A stretch of 54,759 nt of DNA. It comes from Myxococcales bacterium (GTDB taxonomy: Bacteria; Myxococcota; Myxococcia; Myxococcales; 40CM-4-68-19). The DNA lies in contig JAIVGS010000001.1 in NCBI GenBank assembly GCA_020201435.1, positions 1 to 54,759 on the forward strand. Reading direction: 5' to 3'. The position numbers and the translations under genes were made by a program. This document shows positions 46,149 through 54,759 of the stretch, piece after piece; the stretch's first letter is position 1, and each line of letters opens with the position of its first letter. Under the pieces are notes generated by a model. The model ran no database searches, was not told the origin of the DNA, and worked only from the letters and a program-made list of their open reading frames with translations.

Positions 46149-47495
46149 ATGCCCGTCACCCCCGCTTTCGACGCCAAGGTGCACAAGGCCCGACGCGACG
46201 AAGTCCTCCGGCGAATGCGCGAGATGGCCCCCACCGGCGCCGTCGCGGTCTTTCCCGGGATGCCGGTCGCCACCCGCAACAGCGACGTCGAGCACCCCTA
46301 CCGCGCCGACAGCGACCTCTTCTTTCTCACCGGTTTCGAGGAGCCCGAGGCCGTCGCGGTGCTCTCCACGCAGGGCGAAAAACCGTTCACGCTCTTCGTC
46401 CGTCCGCGCGACAAGGAGCGCGAGATCTGGAACGGCCGCCGCGCCGGCGTCGAGGGCGCGGTGAAGTCGTTCGGCGCCGACCAGGCGTTCGAGGTCGGCA
46501 AGCTCGACGAGGAGCTGCCGAAGTTGATCGGCGCCGCGCGGACGCTCTTCTACCGATTCGGCGGCGACGACCCCGACTTCGACTCCCGCCTCGGCCGGAT
46601 GCTGCGCAGCCTGCGGATGCGCGCGCGGGCCGGGATCGACGCGCCCACCCGGATCGAGGATCCCGGCCAGATCGTCCACGAGCTGCGCCTGCGGAAAGAA
46701 CCGCTCGAGATCGATACCCTGCGCAAGGCGGTCGAGCTGACCCGCCGCGGCCACGTCGCCGCGATGAAGACCGGACGCCCCGGCACCAACGAATACGAGC
46801 TGCATGCCGTCCTCGAGCGGGAATTCCGCCACGGCGGCGGCCGCGGCTGGGGCTACTACCCGATCGTCGCCGCGGGCGAGAACGCGACCGTCCTGCATTA
46901 CAACGACAACCGCGCGCCGGTCCGCGAGGGGGAGCTGGTGCTCATCGACGCCGGCGCTGAAGCCGACCTCTACACCGCCGACGTCACCCGCACCTGGCCC
47001 GCGTCGGGAAAATTCTCGCCGTCCCAGCGCGCGTGCTACCAGCTCGTCCTCGACGCCGCGGACGCCTGCATCGCGGCGACCAGGCCGGGCGAGACGATCG
47101 AGGGGCTGCACGACAAAGCCGTCCGCATCCTGACCGAGGGCATGGTCAAACTCGGCCTCCTGCGCGGCGACGTCGACGCGCTGATCAAGGACAACGCCTT
47201 CCGTCGCTACTACATGCACCGCACCAGCCACTGGCTCGGCCTCGACGTGCATGACGTCGGCAACTACCGCACCCCTGACGGCCAGCCTCGCCCGCTCGAA
47301 CCGGGCATGGTCTTCACCATCGAACCGGGTCTCTACATCGCCTCCGACGACGACCAGGCCCCACCCGAGCTGCGGGGAATCGGCATCCGGATCGAGGACG
47401 ACATCCTCGTCACCGCGCAGGGCCACGACAACCTGACCCGCGACATCCCGCGCACGGTCGCCGACGTCGAAGCCGCTACTTCTTATCGCCCTTGA
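46149..47495 (+). CDS. pepP: Xaa-Pro aminopeptidase (aminopeptidase P)
   Basis: YRADSD.FFLTGF.EP, LHY, LIDAG...DVTRT, HWLGLDVHDV, TIEPGLY, GIRIEDD. Confidence 0.95.
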   Translation: MPVTPAFDAKVHKARRDEVLRRMREMAPTGAVAVFPGMPVATRNSDVEHPYRADSDLFFLTGFEEPEAVAVLSTQGEKPFTLFVRPRDKEREIWNGRRAGVEGAVKSFGADQAFEVGKLDEELPKLIGAARTLFYRFGGDDPDFDSRLGRMLRSLRMRARAGIDAPTRIEDPGQIVHELRLRKEPLEIDTLRKAVELTRRGHVAAMKTGRPGTNEYELHAVLEREFRHGGGRGWGYYPIVAAGENATVLHYNDNRAPVREGELVLIDAGAEADLYTADVTRTWPASGKFSPSQRACYQLVLDAADACIAATRPGETIEGLHDKAVRILTEGMVKLGLLRGDVDALIKDNAFRRYYMHRTSHWLGLDVHDVGNYRTPDGQPRPLEPGMVFTIEPGLYIASDDDQAPPELRGIGIRIEDDILVTAQGHDNLTRDIPRTVADVEAATSYRP

Positions 47496-47736
47496 CCTTC
47501 TGCGTCTTCTTGCCCTCGGGCTCGTACGGGTCGATCAACTCGCCGTACTTGACCAGATCCCCCGTCGCCTTGAACTCTTCGATCGAGATGAGCACCTCGG
47601 TATCCGCGCCGGTGAAGCCGACGCCGAGCAGGCCCTCCTCGGGCATGTCGGCGCGATACATCTCCAGCCCTTTCTGCATCAGCGGGCCGATCTCCTGGAC
47701 GTACTGCTCGACGCTGTGCACGCGGATCCGCTTCAT
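47476..47736 (-). CDS. Small hypothetical protein (86 aa)
   Basis: Host-like codon use and globular composition; fills the pepP-mutY gap. Confidence 0.65.
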   Translation of the reverse strand: MKRIRVHSVEQYVQEIGPLMQKGLEMYRADMPEEGLLGVGFTGADTEVLISIEEFKATGDLVKYGELIDPYEPEGKKTQKVKGDKK

Positions 47737-47744
47737 GGGCGCGC

Positions 47745-48734
47745 ATGTTTAGCACGAAGCTGCTGCGCTGGTTCCGCAAAGCGAAACGGCCGCTGCCCTG
47801 GCGGACCGAGCCGCGCGACCCGTATCGGACGTGGATCAGCGAGGTCATGCTCCAGCAGACGCGCGTCGACGTCGTGATCCCGTACTACCAGCGCTTCCTG
47901 AACCGTTTTCCGACGTTGCAGTCGCTGGCCCGGGCGCCGCTCGACGACGTCCTCGCCCTCTGGAGCGGCCTCGGCTACTACCGCCGTGCCCGCAACTTGC
48001 ACAAAGCGGCGCGTGCCGCGCAGAACGGCCTTCCGGCGACGGCTCACGAGCTGCGCGCGCTCCCCGGATTCGGTCCGTACACCGCCGCCGCGGTCGCCTC
48101 GCTCGCGCACAACGAGGACGTCGCGCTCGTCGACGGCAACGTCGCTCGCGTCCTCGCTCGCGTCTTCCGCCTGGAAGGCGACGCCCGCGCAAAGTCGTGG
48201 AAGATCGCCGAAGAGCTGTTGCCGCGCGGCCACGCCGGCGAGTTCAACGAGGCGCTGATGGAGCTCGGGGCGACGGTGTGCACCCCCCGCGCCCCGAATT
48301 GTACAAATTGTACGATTCGTATGAGTTGCCTCGGCCGAGACACCCCCGAGCGGTTCCCCGAGCCGAAGAAACGCCCCGACCGGCCGCTTCTCGAATGGAA
48401 AGCCGTCGCCCTCCGCCGCCGCGACGGGGCGATCCTCCTCGCCCGCCGCCCACCCGACTCGCTGTTCGCTGGAATGTGGGACCTTCCGATGTCAGACCCG
48501 GGTGCCAGACTGCCAAAATGGCCGGGCGTCCGCGTGCGGGGTCGGCTCGAAGACCGCGGCGTCGTCGCCCAGACGCTCACCCACCGCGAAGTCCGCGTGG
48601 CAATCCGGGCCGGCCATGCCAGCGGGGCGCCGAAAACCGACTCGCTCAAGTGGGTCGCGCCGAACGACCTGCACCAGCTCGGCCTCTCTTCGCTCGCGCG
48701 CAAGTCGCTGCGCAAGGCCGGCATCGCCTGTTGA
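47745..48734 (+). CDS. mutY: A/G-specific adenine DNA glycosylase
   Basis: LPWR, WISEVMLQQT, WSGLGYYRRARNL, HhH LPGFGPYTA, VDGNVARV, C-x6-C-x2-C-x5-C Fe-S motif, NUDIX-like C-terminus. Confidence 0.93.
   Translation: MFSTKLLRWFRKAKRPLPWRTEPRDPYRTWISEVMLQQTRVDVVIPYYQRFLNRFPTLQSLARAPLDDVLALWSGLGYYRRARNLHKAARAAQNGLPATAHELRALPGFGPYTAAAVASLAHNEDVALVDGNVARVLARVFRLEGDARAKSWKIAEELLPRGHAGEFNEALMELGATVCTPRAPNCTNCTIRMSCLGRDTPERFPEPKKRPDRPLLEWKAVALRRRDGAILLARRPPDSLFAGMWDLPMSDPGARLPKWPGVRVRGRLEDRGVVAQTLTHREVRVAIRAGHASGAPKTDSLKWVAPNDLHQLGLSSLARKSLRKAGIAC
48295..48323. repeat. AT-rich 9-nt tandem repeat / imperfect palindrome in mutY
   Basis: AATTGTACA AATTGTACG ATTCGTATG; palindrome CGAATTGTACAA-A-TTGTACGATTCG with one mismatch. 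Confidence 0.65.
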
Positions 48735-48759
48735 CATCGGCCCGCCCTTCAAAGACCTT
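48731..48759 (+). promoter_or_regulatory. Putative sigma70 promoter for the tolC-exbB-exbD-tonB operon
   Basis: TTGACA-N17-GACCTT, 9 nt before GTG 48769; the -10 match is weak. Confidence 0.35.
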
Positions 48760-48768
48760 CCGCCTCTC

Positions 48769-50127
48769 GTGCTCGCCGCCCTTCTCCTCGCGCAGATCCT
48801 CCAACCGGTGCGGCCCGTGGAGCCGCCGGCGCGGTCCTCGATCCGCGAGCCGCTGCCGGCACCCGTTCCCGAGGCGCCGCCGGAAGGGCCCGTCCTCCCG
48901 CTCGCCGAAGCCCTCGCCCAGCTCCGCGACCGGTCGCCCGATCTCGCGGTCGCCCTCGAGCGCGTCACCCAGGCGCAGAACAACGTCCAGCGCGCGTGGG
49001 CCACCGTCCAGCCGACGCTGACCGCGACCGGCACCGTCACCCACAACTCGTACTCCGGCGCGTACATCGACTACTCGCGCCTTTCGATCACCAGCACCGG
49101 CCCCAACACGCAGTCGGCGGCGATCAACTTCAACTGGAACATCTTCAACTACCGCGCCGTCCCGGCGCTGCAGACCGCTTACCAGCAGGTCGAGGTCGCG
49201 CGCCTCACCGAGACCCAGCAGCGGCGCGAGCTGCTGCTCGACGTCGCCTCGACGTATTACGCCGGCCTCGCCCTCAAGGAGCTCGCGGCGGTCGCGGCGC
49301 GGCAGGCGAAAGCGACCCGCGATCACGCGATCGAAGCGCAAGCCCGCTACGAAGCCGGCCTGATCCAGCTCTCGGCCGCCCTGCGCGCGCGGATCGACTA
49401 CCTCCGCGCCGACCAGGAAACGCGCCGCGCCCAGTTCAACTACGCGGCCTCCAGGAGCCAGCTCGCCGCGCTCCTCGACCGCCGCGACACGGCCTTCGAG
49501 CTGGCTCCTCCCGCCCAGCCGCCGGAGGAGATCCGCGGCGCGTTCAAGGACCTGATCGCCAAGGCCCTCGAGGAGCGGCCGGAGATGGCCGCCGCGCGCG
49601 CCAACGAGGAGATCGCGGCGCGCCTCAAGACCGACGCCTGGGCGCAGTTCCTCCCGTCTCTGGCGCTCACCGCCAACGCCCGCTACAACCACCCGGTGGC
49701 CGCCTCGACCATCGACGCCAGCACCTGGGCGTTCGCGCTGACGATCACCCTGCCGATCTACGACGGAGGCTTCCGCTATGTGGCGCTCAAGGACGCCGAC
49801 AGCCAGATGCGGCAGGCCCGCGCCCAGACGCGCAGCGAAGCCTCGCGGATCGAGGACGAGCTGCGGCGCGCCCAGCTCGATCTCGAGTCGGCCCGCGCCC
49901 TGCGCGACGAGGCCGAGCAGGCGCTGGCCGCCTCGCGCGAAAACGAGCGGCTCGTCCGCGCCCAGTTCGCCGCCGGGACCGCGTCGCAGGTCGAGGTCTC
50001 CGACGCCGAGGCCGCGCTCTTCCAGAGCGAATCGACGGCGCTGCAGCAGCGCCTCTCGGTCCAGATCGCGGCGCTGCGGGTCGCGAAGGCCGTCGGGGCC
50101 TTCGATCTCCCGGAGGCCGCGAAGTGA
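48769..50127 (+). CDS. TolC-family outer-membrane efflux protein
   Basis: Signal-like VLAALLLAQ; two OEP repeats (LAEAL...SPDL, RYEAG, RPEM, FLPSL, LPIYDGG, QFAAGTASQVEVSDAE, AKAVG). Confidence 0.9.
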   Translation: MLAALLLAQILQPVRPVEPPARSSIREPLPAPVPEAPPEGPVLPLAEALAQLRDRSPDLAVALERVTQAQNNVQRAWATVQPTLTATGTVTHNSYSGAYIDYSRLSITSTGPNTQSAAINFNWNIFNYRAVPALQTAYQQVEVARLTETQQRRELLLDVASTYYAGLALKELAAVAARQAKATRDHAIEAQARYEAGLIQLSAALRARIDYLRADQETRRAQFNYAASRSQLAALLDRRDTAFELAPPAQPPEEIRGAFKDLIAKALEERPEMAAARANEEIAARLKTDAWAQFLPSLALTANARYNHPVAASTIDASTWAFALTITLPIYDGGFRYVALKDADSQMRQARAQTRSEASRIEDELRRAQLDLESARALRDEAEQALAASRENERLVRAQFAAGTASQVEVSDAEAALFQSESTALQQRLSVQIAALRVAKAVGAFDLPEAAK

Positions 50128-50762
50128 TCGCCGAGAAACTGCTCGCCTTCACGCTGCTCGGCGCAAACTGGGTCCTCTGGCTCCTGCTCGCGCTCTCGGT
50201 GCTCTCGGTCGCGGTGATGGTCGAGCGCGCCCTCTACTTCGGCCGCCGCCGGATGTCGAAGACCTTTCCGGAGCTCTTGAAGCGCTGCCAGAGCGGAGAT
50301 CTCTCGGGCGCGGCGTCGCTCGCGGTCAGCGACTCGATGGAGGCCGAGGTGGTGCGCGCCGCCGCCGGCGTCGCTGCCGGCGGACACGAGGCCGTCGAGA
50401 AGGCGGTGCAATCGACGATCGACCGCCGCCGGCTCGAGTACGAACAGTGGCTCTTCGTCCTCGGCACGCTCGGGAACAACGCCCCGTTCATCGGGCTCTT
50501 CGGCACCGTGCTCGGCATCATCCGCGCCTTCGCCGACCTGGCCGTCGCCAACCGCGGAGGCGGCTCGAGCACGGCCGGCACGGTCATGGCCGGCATCTCG
50601 GAGGCGCTGGTCGCGACCGCGGTCGGCCTCTTCGTCGCCATCCCCGCCGTGCTCGCCTTCAACATCTTCCAGCGGCTCCTCAAGCGCGTGATCGGTCGCT
50701 CCAACGCGCTCGGCAACGCGATCGCCTCCGGCCTCCACGTGGCCCGCAACAAGAGCGCGTAA
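50124..50762 (+). CDS. ExbB/TolQ/MotA proton-channel protein
   Basis: GTGA overlap with the tolC stop; LGTLGNNAPFIGLFGTVLGII, GISEALVATAVGLFVAIPAV. Confidence 0.93.
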   Translation: MIAEKLLAFTLLGANWVLWLLLALSVLSVAVMVERALYFGRRRMSKTFPELLKRCQSGDLSGAASLAVSDSMEAEVVRAAAGVAAGGHEAVEKAVQSTIDRRRLEYEQWLFVLGTLGNNAPFIGLFGTVLGIIRAFADLAVANRGGGSSTAGTVMAGISEALVATAVGLFVAIPAVLAFNIFQRLLKRVIGRSNALGNAIASGLHVARNKSA

Positions 50763-51173
50763 ATGGCTGGAAACATTACAGAACCCGAGGACGAGGGGAT
50801 CAACGGCATCAACGTCACCCCGCTCGTCGACATCACCCTCGTGCTGTTGATCATCTTCATGGTGACGGCGTCGTACATCGTGAAGGAGACGATCGAGGTC
50901 GAGCTGCCGCGCGCGGCCCACGGCGGCGAGACCGTGCAGAAGACGTTCGCGCTGCTCGTCACCAGGGACGGAAAGACGTACCTGAACGGGGCGCCGGTCG
51001 ACGACACCGGCCTCGTGGCCGCGGTCAACGACGCGCGGTCGAAGGGCGAGGACGTCCAGGCGATCGTCGGCGCCGACAAGAACGCGACCCACGGGATGGT
51101 GACGCACCTGCTCGACGTCCTCAAAGGCGCGGGCGTGATCAAGTTCGCCATCCAGATCGAGAAGCAGGAGTGA
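50763..51173 (+). CDS. ExbD/TolR biopolymer transport protein
   Basis: INVTPLVDITLVLLIIFMVT, ADK...HG.V..LLD.LK.AG. Confidence 0.95.
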   Translation: MAGNITEPEDEGINGINVTPLVDITLVLLIIFMVTASYIVKETIEVELPRAAHGGETVQKTFALLVTRDGKTYLNGAPVDDTGLVAAVNDARSKGEDVQAIVGADKNATHGMVTHLLDVLKGAGVIKFAIQIEKQE

Positions 51174-51883
51174 CCCGCGCGCTGGCCATCTCGCTGGTCG
51201 TGCATCTCGCCATCGCGGGACTGATGGCGCGGCTCTCGCTGCGGGCGCCGCACGCCCGGCAGCAGGCCTTGCAGATCGCGGTGGTCGAGAAAGTCGCCGC
51301 GCGCGAGGCGCCGCCGCCTCCCCCACCGCCGCGCAAGCCGTTGAGAGTGGCGCGCGCGCAGGCGAGCTCGCCGCTGCCCGCGCCGCCTACGAAGGCGCCG
51401 CCCCCGCCGGCGACCGAAGCCAGGACCCAAACCCAGGCCCCCGTGATCATCACCGGAATTACGCTGGAGAGCACGACCCAGGGCGGCGACTTTGCGGTCG
51501 GCGTCGGCAACACGCTGCAAGGGACGCCGTCACAGGTCGCGCGCCCGCCCGAGGAAGCGAAGCCCTACAAGGCCGAGAAGTACGCTCCCGCGGCGCAGGT
51601 GACCGAGCTGCCGCGGCCGCTCAACGGCGAGTCGATCAACCTGCGCAAGTACTACCCGCCGCAGGCGCTGAAGGACGGCTTCGAGGGCGACGTCCGGCTG
51701 CGGATCCTGATCGACTCCGACGGCTCGGTGGCCAAAGTCGACATCATCCAGGAGCCGGGCGAAGGCCTCGGCGAAGCCGCCGCCCGCATGGTCAAGTCCG
51801 AATACCGTTTCTCGCCCGCCACCGTGAACGGCACGCCGGTCGCGACGACGGTGCCATTCACAGTGCACTTCACGATCAACTGA
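51170..51883 (+). CDS. TonB-family energy transducer
   Basis: GTGA overlap; TM with S-x3-H (ISLVVH); Pro-rich spacer; TonB_C domain YPPQA...EGDV.L...ID.DG, FSPA..NG.PV. Confidence 0.9.
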   Translation: MTRALAISLVVHLAIAGLMARLSLRAPHARQQALQIAVVEKVAAREAPPPPPPPRKPLRVARAQASSPLPAPPTKAPPPPATEARTQTQAPVIITGITLESTTQGGDFAVGVGNTLQGTPSQVARPPEEAKPYKAEKYAPAAQVTELPRPLNGESINLRKYYPPQALKDGFEGDVRLRILIDSDGSVAKVDIIQEPGEGLGEAAARMVKSEYRFSPATVNGTPVATTVPFTVHFTIN

Positions 51884-51996
51884 AAAGCGCACCGCGAAGG
51901 CGCGAAGACGCGAAGTGGTTGGGTTTGGCAACCAACGCCGCTCCACAATGACCCGGTGACCTTAGCGCCTTCTGCCTTCGCGCTGAGATTTTGCTT
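51883..51996. repeat. REP/REPIN-like inverted repeat element, copy 3 (right arm decayed)
   Basis: 51883-51916 is identical to 3908-3941. Right arm CCTTAGCGCCTTCTGCCTTCGCGCTG ends in the TGAGATTTTGCTT tail shared with copy 2. Lies between convergent genes. Confidence 0.88.
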
Positions 51997-53010
51997 TCAA
52001 GCAGCCTGCGCGAGCGAGGCGCGAGCGAGCAGGGCGGCGCCGACGACGCCGGCCTGTTCACCCAGCTCCGGCGCCGAGATCTTCAGGGCCTTGCGCGCGG
52101 CCTTCGAGGTGTGAGCGTCGATCTGCTCCATCGCCGCCCGCATCATCCGCGGCGACCCGGTGAGCACGCCGCCCCCGAGCAGCAGCCGCGCCGGGTTGAG
52201 CACGGTGACGAGGTTCGAGAGTGCCACCCCGAGCAGGTTGCCGGCCTCCTCGAGCAACCGGCGCGACAGCTCGTCGCCCTCGTGCGCCGCCCGCTCCATC
52301 GCGGCGGCGGTGACCTTGTCGGGCTCGCCCGCGATCTCGAGCAGCTTCCGTCCGACCGCCGGGTGCCGCTCCCCCGCCGCCCGCGCCGCCGCCATCGCGA
52401 TGCGCAAGTCGTCGCGCGCCCACGCCGCGAGATTGTGTCCCCCCGCGTAGGCCTCGAGGCATCCGCGCTGTCCGCAGCCGCAGAGCCGTCCGCCGGGATG
52501 GACGAGGATGTGGCCGAACTCGCCCGCGACCCCGGAGACCCCTTCGTGCAGCTTGCCGCCGAGGATGATGCCGGCTCCGACGCCGCTGCCGACGAGCACC
52601 ACGATCAGGTCGTCGACTCCCCGCCCTGCTCCCGCCGCCCGCTCGCCCCACGCCGCGACCGACAGGTCGTTCCCGATCCACATCGGCAGCCGCGGCGCCC
52701 GCGCCTGCACGAGCTTCAGGAACGGCACTTCCCGCCAGCCGAGGTTGGGCGCGTTCATCACCATGCCGGTGCCGCGCTCGATCCAGCCGGCGACGCCGAC
52801 ACCCATGCCCTTCATCTCGCCGAACGGCATTCCCGCCGCGCCGCACGCCGTCTTTGCCGCCCGCACCACCGCTTCGGCCACCTGCGGCGGCTCGCGCGAC
52901 AGCAGCCGGTGCTTCTCCTGCCCGAGTACGTGACCGCCGAGGTCGACGACGGCCGCGCGCACGTTGGTGCCGCCGAGGTCGACTCCGACGTAGAGCTCGT
53001 CACGCTTCAT
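51997..53010 (-). CDS. ROK-family sugar kinase (glucokinase-like)
   Basis: GVDLGGTN, GND, GSGVGAG, GEFGH, CGCGQRGCLEAYA, LNP....GGGV. Confidence 0.93.
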   Translation of the reverse strand: MKRDELYVGVDLGGTNVRAAVVDLGGHVLGQEKHRLLSREPPQVAEAVVRAAKTACGAAGMPFGEMKGMGVGVAGWIERGTGMVMNAPNLGWREVPFLKLVQARAPRLPMWIGNDLSVAAWGERAAGAGRGVDDLIVVLVGSGVGAGIILGGKLHEGVSGVAGEFGHILVHPGGRLCGCGQRGCLEAYAGGHNLAAWARDDLRIAMAAARAAGERHPAVGRKLLEIAGEPDKVTAAAMERAAHEGDELSRRLLEEAGNLLGVALSNLVTVLNPARLLLGGGVLTGSPRMMRAAMEQIDAHTSKAARKALKISAPELGEQAGVVGAALLARASLAQAA

Positions 53011-53020
53011 GCCCGTTCGG

Positions 53021-53029
53021 ATCCTAGCA
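53021..53029 (-). promoter_or_regulatory. Putative extended -10 (TGcTAGGAT) 10 nt before ATG
   Basis: Minus strand TGCTAGGAT-ccgaacgggc-ATG(53010). Confidence 0.45.
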
Positions 53030-53051
53030 GGCTCCGGGCACCATAAGCGAA

Positions 53052-54422
53052 CTACCCGAGTTCCTTACGGATTTGCTGCACGGTTCCCTCGATCAACTGC
53101 TTGATCTCGCGCAGCTTCGCCTCGCTTCGGGCCTCCCAGCGCAGCACCAGGAGCGGCTGCGTGTTCGAGGCGCGAACGAGGCCCCACGCGCCGTCGATCG
53201 CCACCCGCACGCCGTCGATCTCGACCGTCTTGCCGTGCTTGCGCAGGCGCTCCGTGGCCAGCTCGACGGCGCGGAACTTCTTCTCCTCGGGGAAGTCGAA
53301 CCGGATCTCGGGCGAGGCCCATGTCTTCGCCACGCCGTCGAGCATCGCCGAGAGCTTCCGTCCGTCGCGGGCCTGCAGCTCCAAAAGCCGCGCCGCCGAA
53401 TAGATGCCGTCGTCGAAGCCGTAATAGCGGTGCTTGAAGAAGATGTGCCCGCTCATCTCGCCGGCGAGGAGCGCGTGCTCCTGCGCCATCTTGGCCTTGA
53501 TCAGCGAGTGGCCGGCCTTCCACATGATCGCGCGCCCGCCGTGCTTTTCGATGTCGTCGTAGAGGGTCTGCGAGCACTTGACCTCGCTCACGATCGCCGC
53601 GCCCGGCCGCTCTTTGAGCACGTCGCGCGAGAAGAGGATCATCAGCTGGTCGCCCCAGAGGATCTGGCCTTTCTCGTCCACCGCCCCGACCCGGTCGGCG
53701 TCGCCGTCCCAGGCGATGCCGACGTCGGCGCCGTTTTCGGCGACCTTGCGCTGCAGGTCCTTGAGGTTCTCCTCGACCGTCGGATCGGGGTGGTGATTGG
53801 GGAAGGTCCCGTCGAGGTCGCAGAACAGCTCGGTCACGTGATGGCCGAGCGCGCGCAGGAGCCGCGGCCCGACGATGCCGCCGGTGCCATTGCCCGCGTC
53901 GCAGACCACCCGCAGCGGCCGCTCGGCGAGACCGAGCGACTGCACGATGAAATGGATGTACGGGACGATCATGTCGTGATCGACCTCGCGCGCGTCGCGC
54001 CCGCCGTCGCGCGCTTCGACGACTTTCGACTTGAGCTCCTGCACCTCCGAACCGGCGAGGGTCGACTTGCCGATTCCGACCTTGAAGCCGTTGTACTCCG
54101 GCGGGTTGTGCGAGCCGGTGATCATGCACAACCCGTCGACCGGCAGCGTGTGCGCCGCGAAATAGGTGACCGGCGTCGGCACCACGCCGATGGCGATGAC
54201 CTCGATGCCTTGACTGCGCACGCCTTTCGAGAACGCCGCGGCGAGGCCTTCGCTCGAGGTGCGGTGGTCGCGGCCGAGGACGATGCTCTGCGCCCCCGGG
54301 TTCTTCTCGAGGAGGTACTGCCCGAATCCGCGTCCGAGCTGCTCGGCAAACTGCGGCGTCAACTCGTTGGCGACCAGACCGCGGATGTCGTACTCGCGAA
54401 AGACGTGCATCGGAATCGCCAT
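53052..54422 (-). CDS. Phosphomannomutase/phosphoglucomutase (AlgC-like)
   Basis: FREYDIRG, ITGSHNP, FPNHHPDP, DGDADR, GEMSGH, VRASNTQP. Confidence 0.96.
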   Translation of the reverse strand: MAIPMHVFREYDIRGLVANELTPQFAEQLGRGFGQYLLEKNPGAQSIVLGRDHRTSSEGLAAAFSKGVRSQGIEVIAIGVVPTPVTYFAAHTLPVDGLCMITGSHNPPEYNGFKVGIGKSTLAGSEVQELKSKVVEARDGGRDAREVDHDMIVPYIHFIVQSLGLAERPLRVVCDAGNGTGGIVGPRLLRALGHHVTELFCDLDGTFPNHHPDPTVEENLKDLQRKVAENGADVGIAWDGDADRVGAVDEKGQILWGDQLMILFSRDVLKERPGAAIVSEVKCSQTLYDDIEKHGGRAIMWKAGHSLIKAKMAQEHALLAGEMSGHIFFKHRYYGFDDGIYSAARLLELQARDGRKLSAMLDGVAKTWASPEIRFDFPEEKKFRAVELATERLRKHGKTVEIDGVRVAIDGAWGLVRASNTQPLLVLRWEARSEAKLREIKQLIEGTVQQIRKELG

Positions 54423-54471
54423 GGGGCGCGGAATCTACGCGCGGAGGTCCAGCGCGACAAGCGGACGAGCG

Positions 54472-54624
54472 TCAGAATGCGAACGAGAGCACTGCGCCGC
54501 CGACGAGCAGTACCGCGCCGCCGACAGCGCGGCGGTCGCGAGCTTGCCCTTCGACTGCGCGTCGTCCCTCAGGTGCGCGTCGCCCGCCGTGAGCTGGCCG
54601 GCCTGGTGCTTCAAGTTGAACTGA
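54472..54624 (-). pseudogene. Orphan, frameshifted 3' fragment of a C-terminally membrane-anchored protein
   Basis: FNLKHQAGQLTAGDAHLRDDAQSKGKLATAA / frameshift / VGGAVLLVGGAVLSFAF-stop; no start codon or upstream body. Confidence 0.4.
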
Positions 54625-54659
54625 AGTGGCCAGAATTCTGGCCCGCAGTCAGATGTGCG

Positions 54660-54759
54660 CTACTGACAAGTGAAGGCCGTATTGCTCGAGTTGCAGTTGT
54701 CGTATCCGACCCGCGGCCACGTGCTACCCGCAGTGGGTGCGAGCGGCCCGCCGGAGTCC
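54660..54759 (-). CDS. 3' end of a gene entering from beyond the window (possibly beta-propeller protein)
   Basis: ...DSGGPLAPTAGSTWPRVGYDNCNSSNTAFTCQ-TAG, resembling the WP..G.D..N.S motif of PQQ-like propellers; followed by palindrome GGCCAGAATTCTGGCC (54628-54643). Confidence 0.45.
   Translation of the reverse strand, partial: DSGGPLAPTAGSTWPRVGYDNCNSSNTAFTCQ

Noticed and set aside
45322-48500. Shared 11-mer TGTCAGACCCG at 45322-45332 and 48490-48500 in atypical-codon patches, reminiscent of GTCAGACCC-type short repeats
   Set aside because: Many 11-mer matches are expected by chance in 55 kb; a genome-wide count would be needed.
50124-51883. Myxobacterial gliding motor (AglRQS/GltG) or Tol-Pal assignment
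   Set aside because: Only one ExbD-like gene, and no glt, tolB or pal genes; the TonB has an ordinary TM-Pro-TonB_C layout.

Overview
This is a GC-rich (roughly 70% by eye, not computed) and very densely packed bacterial chromosome segment. It most resembles Myxococcota/Deltaproteobacteria, judging from a TIGR02266-type PilZ protein, a long-form HflX, an ECF sigma/FecR-like pair and a DUF3857 gene pair. About 50 genes are supportable, mostly housekeeping: glnB-glnA, proB-proA-rsfS-rlmH, gpmA, hemW, metH, purE, pepP, mutY, a ROK kinase and PMM/PGM. I found no rRNA, tRNA or CRISPR array. The long antisense ORFs in the supplied track are GC shadow frames, and many supplied starts needed trimming. 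The most interesting signals are: (1) an 899-aa protein hiding a class III nucleotidyl-cyclase domain split by two large insertions, with an atypical base-selecting residue and a coupled 58-aa membrane peptide; (2) a TolC-ExbB-ExbD-TonB operon with no pump, adaptor or TonB-dependent receptor; (3) three REP/REPIN-like hairpins, each at a convergent gene junction, plus a stand-alone Y1 (RAYT-like) HUH transposase; (4) a pervasive leaderless-promoter architecture, (TGn)TAnnnT 6-10 nt before start codons; (5) an active/inactive DUF3857-transglutaminase pair; (6) a FecR-like anti-sigma gene with an apparent internal SD+ATG start; (7) a collapsed pbpC pseudogene; (8) a nucleotidyltransferase with a small overlapping partner. 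All calls come from motif recognition by eye; no searches were run.
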